A stretch of DNA of 64,000 bases from an uncultured Actinomycetota bacterium (GTDB lineage Bacteria > Actinomycetota > Thermoleophilia > Solirubrobacterales > Solirubrobacteraceae), in the NCBI GenBank assembly GCA_963846395.1, contig CAWJVT010000008.1, positions 775,326-839,325 of the forward strand, given 5' to 3'. Below the pieces are notes generated by a model that saw only the letters and a program-made list of their open reading frames with translations, did no database searches and was not told the DNA's origin. The position numbers were made by a program, and so were the translations under genes. Of this stretch, positions 40,896 through 51,012 are shown piece after piece; positions within the stretch are counted from its first letter, which is position 1, and the number at the start of each line of letters is the position of its first letter.

Positions 40896-40907
40896 GCGCG
40901 CTCAGTG
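40890..40907. terminator. 18-bp perfect palindrome overlapping the IOR stop codon; putative bidirectional terminator hairpin
   Basis: CACTGAGCGCGCTCAGTG read directly, between convergent genes. Confidence 0.4.
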
Positions 40908-40919
40908 CGCGACACCCTC

Positions 40920-41522
40920 TCAGTGCACGACCGCATACGTCACGTGCGTGACCCCGGGAGCCTGGACCACCGACTCCAACTCCAGCTCGGCTGAGGCGTC
41001 GTCCAGCAGGCGAACGCCGGCGCCGAGCAGCACCGGTACCACGTGCAGTGTGATCTCGTCGAGTAGTCCGGTGCTCAGCGCCTGGCGCACGGGCGCTGAA
41101 CCCATGAGTGCAACGACCTTCTCATCGCCGGCTGCCTGCTTCGCCACGTTGATTGCATCCTCGATTCCGCCGGTGACGAACGTGTAGGGCGGGTCCGAAT
41201 CAGGTGGATCGCTCGGCGGGTTATGCGTGAGCACGAACAGAGGTACCCCCGGCAGCGGCCCCCTTCCGCCCCAGGCGTTCGAGATCTCGTAGGTGCGGCG
41301 GCCGCTGATGATCGCGCCGACATTGGCCGCACCGTCGTCGAAGACCTTGGCGCTCTCCCGTGAAAGCTTGAAGTTCGGGAAGAACTTGCTCTGCGTGTCG
41401 CCATCCGTATACCACTCGAAGAGCCTCCCTCCCCCGTCTCCAAGCGGGTTTCCCGGCCGGTCGTTCGGGCCGGCGATGAAGCCGTCGGCCGAGACTGCGA
41501 GCGCGGTGACGACGCGCGTCAT
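40920..41522 (-). CDS. dihydrofolate reductase family protein (RibD C-terminal domain)
   Basis: MTRVVTALAVSADGFIAGPN..., matching the PF01872 pattern. ATGA overlap with the upstream gene. Confidence 0.7.
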   Translation of the reverse strand: MTRVVTALAVSADGFIAGPNDRPGNPLGDGGGRLFEWYTDGDTQSKFFPNFKLSRESAKVFDDGAANVGAIISGRRTYEISNAWGGRGPLPGVPLFVLTHNPPSDPPDSDPPYTFVTGGIEDAINVAKQAAGDEKVVALMGSAPVRQALSTGLLDEITLHVVPVLLGAGVRLLDDASAELELESVVQAPGVTHVTYAVVH

Positions 41523-42697
41523 GGCCGGCTCCAGCTTCTGCCGCCGTTGACGGTGTGCCAGACGGTTGATGACGTGTAGTACGAGTCCTCCGCGAGCGCC
41601 CAGCCGTCTCGTGGGTTCACGAACGTGACCTGCGTGGTGCCGGTGTCCTGCCCGCCGACGCGCTGCCACAGGTGCCACGTTCGCCCGCCGTCGACCGTGC
41701 CTGCCAGGGAGCTGCGGTAGCCGCCGTAGAAGGCGATCCGAGAGCTCAGCGCGACCAGCGCGTCCAGGTAACCACCGATCGGCATCGTGTTGCGGCAGTG
41801 CCGGCTCGGGATGCACGGCTCGGAGCTGGCTTTCCAGATCGCGCCCCCGTCGCTTGATACCGCCAAGCTCTTGATCTGACTACCGGCGCCGGGCTCGCTG
41901 GCGCAGGCAAGCCACTCCGCCCCGTCGGGCGCGATCGAGAGCTCGCTCTGCTCAAAGGCTGCGCACGGAACCCGGTTTGTGATCCATTTCTGGCCCCCGG
42001 GACCCAGTTGTTCAACTGTCGCAATCGCCGGCGTGGGTTTGCTCGTGGTCGAGATCGGTACCGGCAACGCCATGACCAGCGCTCCGGTTGGAGCCACAGC
42101 CAGCAGGCTTGACTGTCCCAACTCGGCGCTGAACGCGGCGGCGCCCGAGACCACCGGGTCCGGCGGCTGCGCTGCCTGCACACTCCAGGTGGCTCCGCCG
42201 TCGTCGGATGCAAGGAGGGTGAGCCGACACGTGAGCCGACCGATGTGGCAACGGGTCACGAGTGCCCAAGCGGCGCGCCCGAGCATGCTGACTGCGACCA
42301 CTGAACCTGGGATCGTGGGCGTGGCCCACGTCAGCCCCACGTCGCGGCTGACCTTGAGCCTTGGTCCATAGGCGAGCAGCAGGCCGGTGCCGCTGAAGGC
42401 GAGCTGGCTGAAATCCTCGCCGTTCCCGCACCGGCCACGTTCGAGTGGCGCGCCCTCGGCTCCGAAGCTCGCCCCTCCGCTGCTGGTCTGGCGGGTGTAC
42501 ACGACGCAATGTCCGGGGCTTGCCCCGGTCGCAGTCTCGAAGAGCCCGACGCCTCTCATCACGGATACGAACGCTACCCGCTTCAGGCTCGTGGAGGTTT
42601 GGGTGGACCCGTCGGTGGGCGGCGCTCTGAAGAGGATCAGCGTCAAGGCGGCGATCAGAACGAGCATCCAGCGCGTGCGCGTCAAATGCAAGTTCAT
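41519..42697 (-). CDS. exported protein with BNR/Ycf48-like repeats
   Basis: N-terminal hydrophobic signal/anchor. Repeated S/TxDGGxTW motifs (DDGGATW, DGGAIW, DGGRTW, NGGRSW). Confidence 0.55.
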   Translation of the reverse strand: MNLHLTRTRWMLVLIAALTLILFRAPPTDGSTQTSTSLKRVAFVSVMRGVGLFETATGASPGHCVVYTRQTSSGGASFGAEGAPLERGRCGNGEDFSQLAFSGTGLLLAYGPRLKVSRDVGLTWATPTIPGSVVAVSMLGRAAWALVTRCHIGRLTCRLTLLASDDGGATWSVQAAQPPDPVVSGAAAFSAELGQSSLLAVAPTGALVMALPVPISTTSKPTPAIATVEQLGPGGQKWITNRVPCAAFEQSELSIAPDGAEWLACASEPGAGSQIKSLAVSSDGGAIWKASSEPCIPSRHCRNTMPIGGYLDALVALSSRIAFYGGYRSSLAGTVDGGRTWHLWQRVGGQDTGTTQVTFVNPRDGWALAEDSYYTSSTVWHTVNGGRSWSRP

Positions 42698-42754
42698 TGC
42701 CGAGCGCGTCTGATCCGTGACCCGGCGTCCTGGCTCGACGCCTGCGGATCTGGT

Positions 42755-44140
42755 TCAGACCGAATCGAGCGCTGCGGTAGCCCCCGAGAACGAACGGATC
42801 ACGCGCTCGATGTCGTCCTCGTCCGTCTGCCAGTTGCTGACGGACAGGCGGATCGCCGAGCGACCGTCAATCCTGGTTCCGCTGAGCCACACGTCGCCGG
42901 CAAGCTGCGCCTCGGCCAGGGCGGCGTCCGTGAGTGAGTCATCTGAGAGCCGGAACAGCACCTGGTTGAGTACGACCTCGTTCATGACCTCGATGCCAGG
43001 GATGGCGCTTAGTCGGTCGGCCGCGAGCCGGGCCATCTCGCAGCTCCGCTCCACCATCTCAGCGACTCCCGACCGCCCCAGACTGCGCAGCGCAGCGTAG
43101 ATCGGAAAGCCGCGCGCGCGGCGAGAGAATTCCGGGCTCCAGTCGAACCCATCGCGGACGCGCTGAACATCCTCGGTCTGCACGAGGTACGCGGCCTGCA
43201 CGGTCATCGCCCGACGGTGGGAGTCGGGGTGCGCACAGACAACGATCCCTGAGTCATAGGGCACGTTCAGCCACTTGTGAGCATCGGTGGTCCACGAGTC
43301 GGCCCGCTCGAGCCCGGCCGTGAGGTGCCGCAGCGCTGGCGACGCCGCCGCCCACAGCCCGAACGCACCGTCCACGTGCAGCCAGCGATCGGTCCCCTCG
43401 CAGAGGTCGGCGATCTCTGCAATCGGATCCATCGCGCCGGTGTTGACCTCCCCGACCTGGGCGCACACGATCGCCGGCCCGCTCACCTCAGAGAGCGCGT
43501 GCGCGAGTGCCTCGACGACGACCCGGCCCTCGGCGTCTGACTCGACCTTGGTCGACGTGCCGAGACCCAGCAGGCGCATGGCGCGGTCGATCGTCACGTG
43601 TGCGCGGGCGCCGGTGAGCACCGTTACGCGTGGCGCGCCAGAGAGTCCGTCACGGTTTACGTCCCAGCCCACCTGCTCGAGGACATGCAACCGGGCAGCC
43701 GCCAAGCCCGTGACATGGGCCATCTGGGTTCCCGTGACGAAGCCCATGGAGGCGCCGGCCGGAAGCCCGAGGAGATCGAGTAACCACTGCCGGGTGATCT
43801 CCTCGACGACAGACGCCGCCGGACTGCATGTGTACAGGCCGGCGTTCTGATCCCACGCCGAGGCGAGCCAGTCTGCTGCCATGGCGCTCGGGAGCGTCCC
43901 GCCGATCACGAACCCGAAGTAGCGCCCGCTTCCGGAGGCGACGATCCCGCGGTCCGCGGCGCCGGCCAGTTCCGAGATCACCTGCGCCGCGTCCACCGGT
44001 CCGTCCTGCAGCGGCCCGCCCAACGCAGCGCGCAGCTCATCGGGTTGCACTTTCGGGACCACCGGCCGACTGGGCAGCGATTCCAGATAGTCCGCGGCCA
44101 GAGCAGCCGTCAGCTCGAGCAATTCGCGGGACTGCGCCAT
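42755..44140 (-). CDS. pyridoxal-dependent (group II) amino-acid decarboxylase family protein
   Basis: PLP-lysine motif SWTTDAHKWL, plus HVDGAFG and fold-type I features. Confidence 0.78.
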   Translation of the reverse strand: MAQSRELLELTAALAADYLESLPSRPVVPKVQPDELRAALGGPLQDGPVDAAQVISELAGAADRGIVASGSGRYFGFVIGGTLPSAMAADWLASAWDQNAGLYTCSPAASVVEEITRQWLLDLLGLPAGASMGFVTGTQMAHVTGLAAARLHVLEQVGWDVNRDGLSGAPRVTVLTGARAHVTIDRAMRLLGLGTSTKVESDAEGRVVVEALAHALSEVSGPAIVCAQVGEVNTGAMDPIAEIADLCEGTDRWLHVDGAFGLWAAASPALRHLTAGLERADSWTTDAHKWLNVPYDSGIVVCAHPDSHRRAMTVQAAYLVQTEDVQRVRDGFDWSPEFSRRARGFPIYAALRSLGRSGVAEMVERSCEMARLAADRLSAIPGIEVMNEVVLNQVLFRLSDDSLTDAALAEAQLAGDVWLSGTRIDGRSAIRLSVSNWQTDEDDIERVIRSFSGATAALDSV

Positions 44141-44208
44141 TCAGCGACCCTACCTCAAGCTCTCACCCAGTGCCGAGCTGCTCTCAAGCCCATGGCCAGA
44201 GAGGGAGA

Positions 44209-44279
44209 GCGGGCGACGGGAATCGAACCCGCCCTAGAAGCTTGGAAGGCTTCGGTGCAACCACAACACTTCGCCCGCA
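44209..44279 (-). tRNA. tRNA-Gly (anticodon TCC)
   Basis: Reverse complement reads GCGGGCGAAGTGTTGTGGTTGCACCGAAGCCTTCCAAGCTTCTAGGGCGGGTTCGATTCCCGTCGCCCGCT. It folds as a cloverleaf with anticodon loop CTTCCAA and T-loop GGTTCGATTCC. CCA is not encoded. Confidence 0.8.
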
Positions 44280-44391
44280 GTGTGATCCAAAGCTTAGAGT
44301 CTCGCGCCGGCGATTTCAGGAGGCGGTCACCAGCGCTGCACGACCCCCCCGCGACTCCCCCAGCCCCAGACTCCTACAATTGGCGATCCGA

Positions 44392-44464
44392 AGGGGAGTA
44401 GCACAATTGGTAGTGCACCGGTCTCCAAAACCGGGGGTTGCAGGTTCGAGTCCTGTCTCCCCTG
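44392..44464 (+). tRNA. tRNA-Trp (anticodon CCA)
   Basis: AGGGGAGTAGCACAATTGGTAGTGCACCGGTCTCCAAAACCGGGGGTTGCAGGTTCGAGTCCTGTCTCCCCTG. Close match to the canonical bacterial tRNA-Trp; anticodon loop CTCCAAA. Confidence 0.85.
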
Positions 44465-45056
44465 CTTCGGGCAAGCTCAGTCAGCGCTGGGCTTTTGCTT
44501 CTTCGCTCGCCCAGTCCGGGCCTGGCCGACCGGGCGGAGCAACGGGCAGCATGTGGAGGCAGCTGAGCTGTCGCGGCTCGAGCTTGGCCTGATCAGCAAC
44601 GCTAGGCGTAGGCAGCGCAGACGCCGGGTCGCAAGCCTGGCACTTGGGGCTCTTGCAACGCTGGGCGGCATTTCGGTCGTCTCGGCCGGGTCCGGTAGCC
44701 CCGGATCTCGTGGGACCGGCCCGCGATCGAGGCTGTCGATCACCACCCACGAGCCAGCTGCCAGAGAGTTTGCTCAGGCGCCATACATTGGGGTCGCCTG
44801 CCGTCTTCCATACATGTACGCCGGCTTCCTGAAGTCAGCAGGGCTGTCCAGTCGTTTGGGAGTGGTTCCGTCCTCAAAGGGGAACAACTCGTGGTTCGGG
44901 GCCAACGCGCCGTCCCCGCTCGTGCGGTTCCAATCGAGTACCGAGCAGGCCATATCGTGTCTACGGAGCAACATGTCCACCTCTCGGCCGGCTGGGGATG
45001 AGTTCCCCGTATGCCATCTAGCCAGTGCCGCAGCCGGAACATTGTCCGCGGCGGGG

Positions 45057-46349
45057 CTAGTGGCTTTCGATGAAGCGCAGCATCGCGGGCCAGTCGTGTT
45101 CGCGGGCGTTTTCGTTACCCGCGACAGTGCCGCCGAAGCTGACCAGCGTCCCGTGATCATCGGAGGTGGGCTGGAAGGGGAGGTAGGGCGGATCGAGGTC
45201 GGCATGGCCGGCATTGGGGTAGTTGAGATGAACGTGTGCGGCAGGGTCGGCGTGCAGCTCGCGCATGATCACGTTCTCATAGCCGTTGGAGGGCCAGAGG
45301 CCGTCGTCATTGCCGCTGATGAGCAACACTGCCCCGTGATATCGGCCGAACGGGATCGTCCCGGGACTGTTGAGCCTGGGGGCGACGGGAAAGGATCCGG
45401 TCGCCGAGGCGACGGGCTTGCCGTCGAGTGTCCATGCGACCGGTGTCGGTGCGGCGCAGTTCCCGCGCACTGAGGGGTAGATGACCGAGCTGGCGGAAGC
45501 GTCGATGATCCCGTGCAGCAACCGTGGGAAGTGTGAGGCCACCAGGCCGAGCGCCTCGCTGCCACGTGAGGTGCCCCACGCCCACACTTGGTCGGGGTCG
45601 ATCCCGGGCTGTTGCGCAAGCCATCGGATCGCCTTGACGAAGTACTCGATCTTGAGGTTCGACAGGCTGCACGGCAGTCCCGGCTCGTCGAAGTACGCGA
45701 GCGCCAGTGTCGGGACCCCATGCGACGCCAACAATGCCGCCTGGGCGAACAGGTCTTCGTCGCCACCCTCCGAGCCGCCCCAGATGACCATTGACGGACC
45801 ATCCCGATGCAAGCGCGCGGGCGTGAAGTAGGTGCCGACGAAACCCTGCGCAGCCAGCGTCCCGCTTTGGACAGTGACGCCAGCGGCGAGAGTGTCCTGC
45901 GTTACCGTCACCGACGAGGTCTGCCCGTCGGCGGTGGTGGCGGTCAGCCGGGTCACGGTGTTGGTCGCGAAGGCTGGTCCTCCACGATGCTCGAAGGACG
46001 CCGACCAGAACGGGCCCATCGCCGAGGGCTGACGATAGGCGCCCGACAGCGGCGCTGCCGTCGCCAGATCCACCCGACCGTGCCGGTCGGCCCTAAACAC
46101 GGTCCTCGAACCGAAAACCGATCCGGGCAACGTGATTTGAGCCTTTAGCGTCACGCGCTCGCCCGAGGACAGGCCCGAGATCGTGATCGCTCGCGCGCGG
46201 TCAACCAAGCCGACACGCGGCACGACGCTCAGGTGCAGCGCGGGCGCCGCCGCCCGACCGCAGCCCGCCAACGCGAGCGCCACAAGCGCGGCCGCGACGG
46301 TCTCCAACAACCACACGCGCCGTTGCTCTCTCAAACCACGGCCAAGCAT
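45057..46349 (-). CDS. BAAT/acyl-CoA thioester hydrolase family lipoprotein (dienelactone-hydrolase-like C-terminal domain)
   Basis: ORF 45057..46613. Lipoprotein signal WLLETVAAALVALALAGC. C-terminal alpha/beta-hydrolase features (AWGTSRGSE nucleophile elbow). Confidence 0.65.
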   Translation of the reverse strand: MLGRGLREQRRVWLLETVAAALVALALAGCGRAAAPALHLSVVPRVGLVDRARAITISGLSSGERVTLKAQITLPGSVFGSRTVFRADRHGRVDLATAAPLSGAYRQPSAMGPFWSASFEHRGGPAFATNTVTRLTATTADGQTSSVTVTQDTLAAGVTVQSGTLAAQGFVGTYFTPARLHRDGPSMVIWGGSEGGDEDLFAQAALLASHGVPTLALAYFDEPGLPCSLSNLKIEYFVKAIRWLAQQPGIDPDQVWAWGTSRGSEALGLVASHFPRLLHGIIDASASSVIYPSVRGNCAAPTPVAWTLDGKPVASATGSFPVAPRLNSPGTIPFGRYHGAVLLISGNDDGLWPSNGYENVIMRELHADPAAHVHLNYPNAGHADLDPPYLPFQPTSDDHGTLVSFGGTVAGNENAREHDWPAMLRFIESH

Positions 46350-46488
46350 CGCAGCCGACACGCCACGAAGGATCAACCGTGACACCTCCAAGCAAACGCG
46401 ACAGCCCACGTCAGCGCAAAGATCGCGCATCTGAAGCTTCGCCCGCCGGCTCGAGCCGGGGCGTGCGCCGCTCCTCCGGGGCTGCCGT

Positions 46489-47541
46489 ATGCTCCGCATG
46501 ATGGCATCGGAGGAAAGGTTGTCATCCGTCGTTTCTGCGGCGTTTGTGACGCGCCCGATTGGCCCTGAGCAGTTCCGCGACCTCACCGTCGCGATCGAAC
46601 AGCAGATATCCACGGTAGTTGTGGGTCAGAGGCAGGCGGTGCGCGGAGCGTTGATCTGTCTGATCGCGGGTGGCCATGCATTACTCGAGGGCGTCCCCGG
46701 CGTCGGCAAGACGACGCTGGTCAGGGCACTCGCCGTTTCCTCGGGCCTGGCCCACGCGCGCGTTCAGTTCACACCCGACCTGATGCCGGCCGACATCACC
46801 GGTACGACGGTGCTGATCGACGAGCCTGGGCGAGGCTCGCGCTTGGAGTTCGCTCCTGGCCCGGTCTTCACCGGCATGCTTCTGGCGGACGAGATCAACC
46901 GTGCCTCGCCGCGCACGCAGAGCGCGTTGCTCGAGGCGATGCAGGAAGGCCAAGTGACGATCGGTGGCGTCGCCCGACCGTTGCCCCGTCCGTTCTGCGT
47001 GATGGCCACGCAGAACCCGGTCGAGCAGCACGGAACCTACCCGCTCCCAGAAGCACAGCTCGATCGCTTCCTGCTGAAAATCCGGTTCGATTACCCTGAT
47101 GCGGACAACCTGCGCCGCATCGTCACCAACAGCTCGCCTGAGACCGCGATAGAGGCGCTCGCGCCGCTGGCCGACGATCAAGCGTTGCTCGAGATGAACG
47201 CGTTGGCCCGCACGGTTCCGGTCTCCTCACTGGTGACCGGCTATTTGACGCGCCTGCTGCTCGCCCTGCAGCCGGGTCACGACACCGCACCAGCGTCGGT
47301 AAGCGAGAACGTTCGCCTGGGACCAAGTCCGCGCGGCGGATACTCGCTGATGATGGCCGCGCGCGTGTCCGCACTGCTCGACGGCAGGCCGAACGTGGCG
47401 TTGCGTGACATCCGTGAGTTGGCCCTACCGGCCCTACGGCATCGCGTGATGCTCTCCTTTGACGGCGAACGCGCAGGCGTTTCCGTCGAGGAGCTCATCG
47501 CCGACACGCTGGCTGGGATCTCTGAGGATGCCTCCTCCTGA
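46489..47541 (+). CDS. MoxR-family AAA+ ATPase
   Basis: Walker A GVPGVGKTT, Walker B LLADEINRASP and the sensor region VMATQNP, typical of MoxR. Confidence 0.85.
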   Translation: MLRMMASEERLSSVVSAAFVTRPIGPEQFRDLTVAIEQQISTVVVGQRQAVRGALICLIAGGHALLEGVPGVGKTTLVRALAVSSGLAHARVQFTPDLMPADITGTTVLIDEPGRGSRLEFAPGPVFTGMLLADEINRASPRTQSALLEAMQEGQVTIGGVARPLPRPFCVMATQNPVEQHGTYPLPEAQLDRFLLKIRFDYPDADNLRRIVTNSSPETAIEALAPLADDQALLEMNALARTVPVSSLVTGYLTRLLLALQPGHDTAPASVSENVRLGPSPRGGYSLMMAARVSALLDGRPNVALRDIRELALPALRHRVMLSFDGERAGVSVEELIADTLAGISEDASS

Positions 47542-48427
47542 GACCAAGCCGGATGCCCCGCTTCTCGATGCGCTACAGCTGCACGCGCTTTCCAACCTCA
47601 GCCTAACCTCGCTGGGGCGGATGTTGGACGGTGTCGCCGGTCAGCGATTGGGGTCACCCTATGGCGCCGGATTCGAGCTTGCCGACTACCGGGCGTACGC
47701 GCCCGGAGATGACCTTCGGCTCGTCGACTGGAATGTGTACGCGCGCCTGCGCGAAGTGTTCGTAAAGGTTGCGCCGCGCGAGCGGCACACGACTGTCGAC
47801 GTGCTGCTGGATGTCAGCAGGTCCATGGATGCCGGGAATCCCGGCAGGCTCCGTTACGCCCGCCGCATCGCAGCCGCCCTGGGCGCCGTAGCGCTGTTGC
47901 ACGAGGATGCCGCCAGGGTTTGGGCGCTCAGCGACGGTCACGCAGCGCCTGCTCCTCGGTTCGAGGGGCCGAGGATGGTGTCGCGATTGCTCGCCGAGGT
48001 TGCGCATATCCCCGCCGGCGCCTCCACGGACCTGGCCGCGAGTGCGCAAGACTATGCGCAGGCGCGCTCGCGTTCCGAGCTCGTTGTGTTGATCAGCGAT
48101 GCGCTGCAGTCCTTCGAGAGCCTGGATGAGGCGCTCCGCCGGATCGGGCTCCAGGGCGGCGCCGTGACGCTCATCCACGTGACGCACGACGATCGGACAT
48201 CGGAGGTCAGGCGCGGGAGGGTTGAGCTCCGGGACAGCGAGACGGGGGAGCGAGTAACGCTGAACATCACCGGCTCGACGCTGGCTGGGTACCGCGCCCG
48301 CCTCGGGCGGTTCCAGGACCACGTTGCCGCGACCTGCGCGCGTACGCACGCGCGCTACATTCGCGCGGCGACCGATGTCGAGCCGGTGGAGCTGCTTGCC
48401 GGAGCTGCCGGACTGACGTCGCCGTAG
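47528..48427 (+). CDS. DUF58 domain protein (MoxR partner)
   Basis: GFELADYRAYAPGDDLRLVDWNVYAR is the canonical DUF58 signature. Overlaps the MoxR 3' end. Confidence 0.8.
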   Translation: MPPPETKPDAPLLDALQLHALSNLSLTSLGRMLDGVAGQRLGSPYGAGFELADYRAYAPGDDLRLVDWNVYARLREVFVKVAPRERHTTVDVLLDVSRSMDAGNPGRLRYARRIAAALGAVALLHEDAARVWALSDGHAAPAPRFEGPRMVSRLLAEVAHIPAGASTDLAASAQDYAQARSRSELVVLISDALQSFESLDEALRRIGLQGGAVTLIHVTHDDRTSEVRRGRVELRDSETGERVTLNITGSTLAGYRARLGRFQDHVAATCARTHARYIRAATDVEPVELLAGAAGLTSP

Positions 48428-51012
48428 TCGACCACGATGGCGCCTGTCCCCGGCGGTTCGAGGGCTCTCATGGCGAACCCGATCAGCACGAGCACGAGCC
48501 CAGCAAGCGCCACCGCCCACCACGCCGCGTACCACGAAGCGGAAGCGATCACACCCGGATCATCGGCAGCGAGTGGCCGTCCGCCGGTGAGCGCCGCGAC
48601 CTCGCCCAGTTGCGTGCTGTCCTGCGGCCGAGGCTCGAATACGGCTGGATAAGGGACCGCGAGCTCGCCGCCAATCCGGACAGACCTGGCTCCGGAGGCG
48701 TTCAGCGTGTAGCTGTAGATGCCCGACGCCAGTTGTGGGGCAGGAGCGCTGTAGATCCCTGGGGCAGTCTGGGTCAGAGTTACTACCGAGCGCTTGCCGG
48801 CGCTCGACATGAGGCTCCCGACGAGCTTCGCACCACCCAAGTGCTCGGCCGTGACAATGCCGACATCCAGGCGCAGCTCGACTGGTGGGCCTGGAATCAG
48901 CTCGAGCGGCACGGAGGCGGATGCGGGCCGCGCCGCCCACCGCACCGCATCGTTCAGGAGTGCACCTATGTCGGTCCACGCCGCCGCCCAGGGCTGACCC
49001 CAGCCGGCAGGGGCAGCGACGACCCGCCCAGATCCAAGTTGCCAGTGCGCGAGCGCCGGCTGGCTCGACCCCTTTCGTCCCGAGACCACCAGATCGGCCG
49101 ACGCACGCGGCTTCAATGTGGTCACCACGGCGCCGCTCAGCGCTGGCGGCGCACGGCCCTCCAGTGATCTGATCAGCGGCGAGTCCTCGTCAGCGTTCAC
49201 AGTCAAGTGTCCCTTCAGGAGCACGGGCTTCACCCCCAGGCCGGACTCCTGTTCAAAGGCATTGGGAATTTGGTGGGCGTCATCGGTCTGGCGGTAGGCA
49301 CCGCCAGTGGCGCGCGCGATGCGGCGGAGCAGCCCAGTGTCGGCATCGGCACCCAAAGCGATCGTCGACACGGTGACGTGCAGCCTCCGCGCCTTCTCGA
49401 ACAGAGGGTTGTAGCTAAACGGCCATACCGCCTGCCCGTCGGTCATCAGGATGATGTGCCTATCGTGGGCACGCGAACGCGCGATCTGCGAGAGGCCTGC
49501 GGCCAGCGCGGGGTAGATCTCGGTACCTCCGGCGGCCTGGAGCCTGGTCACGCGGGCTATCACGTGATGCTCGATCGCCGAGTCGGTGATCGGCTGCATC
49601 GGGATCACCACGTAAGCCACGAAGTCGAAAGCGACGATACCCATGGAATCGTGTCGGGTCGCGGCGAAGCGCGCCAGGTCCGCGCCCGCAGCGCGAACCA
49701 TGGTGATCTTGGGAACGCCTCCGGCGGGTTCGATCATGCTGCCCGAACGGTCGAGTACCAGCTCGATCGCCACGTTGCTGCGTTTCCGGTCTCCGGGTAT
49801 CAGGCTGGACACCGGTAGCAGCTGGTCGAGCACCGTGTTGGCGTAGTGCCCCAGCGAGAAGCTGTGCGGCCCTCCCAACGCGATCAGGCCGAGTCCGTCG
49901 TCACGGACGGCGGCGCTGAGCGCCTGCATCTGCGGCTGAGAGAGCGACCGCGCGTCGACATCATCAAGCACCACGCCGCTGAACGTCGCGAGCCGGTCCG
50001 CGACGCTCGGCAGCGCTCGCGGCGAGACGACCGTGACCGCCAATCCGTCCCGCTGCAGCATCCCCGGAACCGCACCGGCGTTGCCGCCCCTGACGACCAT
50101 CACTCGCGCGCGCCCGGTGACGTGAACGGTCGTCGCGAGCACGTTGTTCTCGGCAACCGCATCCCGTGATAGCTCGATCCTCGCCTGAAACGAGTGCCAG
50201 CCGGGCGCTGCCGTGTAGCTCAGCAAGAATGGGTTGTCCCCGCGGCTGAGCTCGCCGGACCAGGTTCCGTCGTCCTTTCCGTCGCGGGATACGTACAGGC
50301 GCGCATGGGCGACGACGGTGCTGCGCACGGTGATGCGCACTGGGATCGCATCGCCCGCATGCACCACCGCCGGCGCCTGTATGAGCGTCACCGCCGCGTC
50401 GCGCCGGCGATCTCTGAGCTGCACAGTGTCGATTCGAACCCTGCGCGCTCGGGCTGTCGCGACCGCTGCGTGTAGCGAGGAATCAGAGCCGCTGTCGCTC
50501 GCTCCACCCCCGCCGGAGAGAAGTACGACCCGACCGCCGCTCGAGGCCAAGCGTACGGCTGCCGACAGCCCGCCACCCGGATCAGCCACCGACGGATCTG
50601 CCACGGGTTTGTTCAAGGCGTCGGTCGTAGCGGCGATGACCTGTGTCGAACCGGCGAACTTGACCATGTGGCAAGACGAAGCGCATCCGGAAATCGCGGC
50701 GGCCACCCAGGCGCGCTCCTGGGCACGCATCGCCGGGTCGATGCCCGCCGACGAGTCGACGGCCATGACCGTGGGTGTAGCGGACCCAGCCCGCACCTGC
50801 GGCTGCGCCGCCGCGAGTGCTACCAGCGCCGACCCGACCCAGTGCAGGAGCATGCGGTTTCTCCGGACAGGCCGACCGCGCCTCGAGTTGAAGTGGCTAA
50901 GCGATGCACCGGCCGCCGCGAGCAGCGGGAGCAACAGCAGTGCGAGGGGCGCGCCGAAGCGGATGCTCAACGCGTCACCGCCCGTCTGCGCAGGCCGAGC
51001 CAGTAGCCCCAT
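48355..51012 (-). CDS. large membrane protein with BatA-like N-terminal segment, VWA domain and C-terminal TM helix
   Basis: 885-aa ORF. VWA-like region (IELVLDRSGSM ... MTDGQ). C-terminal hydrophobic helix AAWWAVALAGLVLVLIGF. Confidence 0.7.
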   Translation of the reverse strand: MGLLARPAQTGGDALSIRFGAPLALLLLPLLAAAGASLSHFNSRRGRPVRRNRMLLHWVGSALVALAAAQPQVRAGSATPTVMAVDSSAGIDPAMRAQERAWVAAAISGCASSCHMVKFAGSTQVIAATTDALNKPVADPSVADPGGGLSAAVRLASSGGRVVLLSGGGGASDSGSDSSLHAAVATARARRVRIDTVQLRDRRRDAAVTLIQAPAVVHAGDAIPVRITVRSTVVAHARLYVSRDGKDDGTWSGELSRGDNPFLLSYTAAPGWHSFQARIELSRDAVAENNVLATTVHVTGRARVMVVRGGNAGAVPGMLQRDGLAVTVVSPRALPSVADRLATFSGVVLDDVDARSLSQPQMQALSAAVRDDGLGLIALGGPHSFSLGHYANTVLDQLLPVSSLIPGDRKRSNVAIELVLDRSGSMIEPAGGVPKITMVRAAGADLARFAATRHDSMGIVAFDFVAYVVIPMQPITDSAIEHHVIARVTRLQAAGGTEIYPALAAGLSQIARSRAHDRHIILMTDGQAVWPFSYNPLFEKARRLHVTVSTIALGADADTGLLRRIARATGGAYRQTDDAHQIPNAFEQESGLGVKPVLLKGHLTVNADEDSPLIRSLEGRAPPALSGAVVTTLKPRASADLVVSGRKGSSQPALAHWQLGSGRVVAAPAGWGQPWAAAWTDIGALLNDAVRWAARPASASVPLELIPGPPVELRLDVGIVTAEHLGGAKLVGSLMSSAGKRSVVTLTQTAPGIYSAPAPQLASGIYSYTLNASGARSVRIGGELAVPYPAVFEPRPQDSTQLGEVAALTGGRPLAADDPGVIASASWYAAWWAVALAGLVLVLIGFAMRALEPPGTGAIVVDYGDVSPAAPASSSTGSTSVAARM

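Noticed and set aside
44553-45473. 306-aa plus-strand ORF downstream of tRNA-Trp
   Set aside because: Its 3' 400 nt overlap the well-supported BAAT gene on the other strand and look non-proteinaceous. Only the first about 165 codons were kept, as a possible gene remnant.
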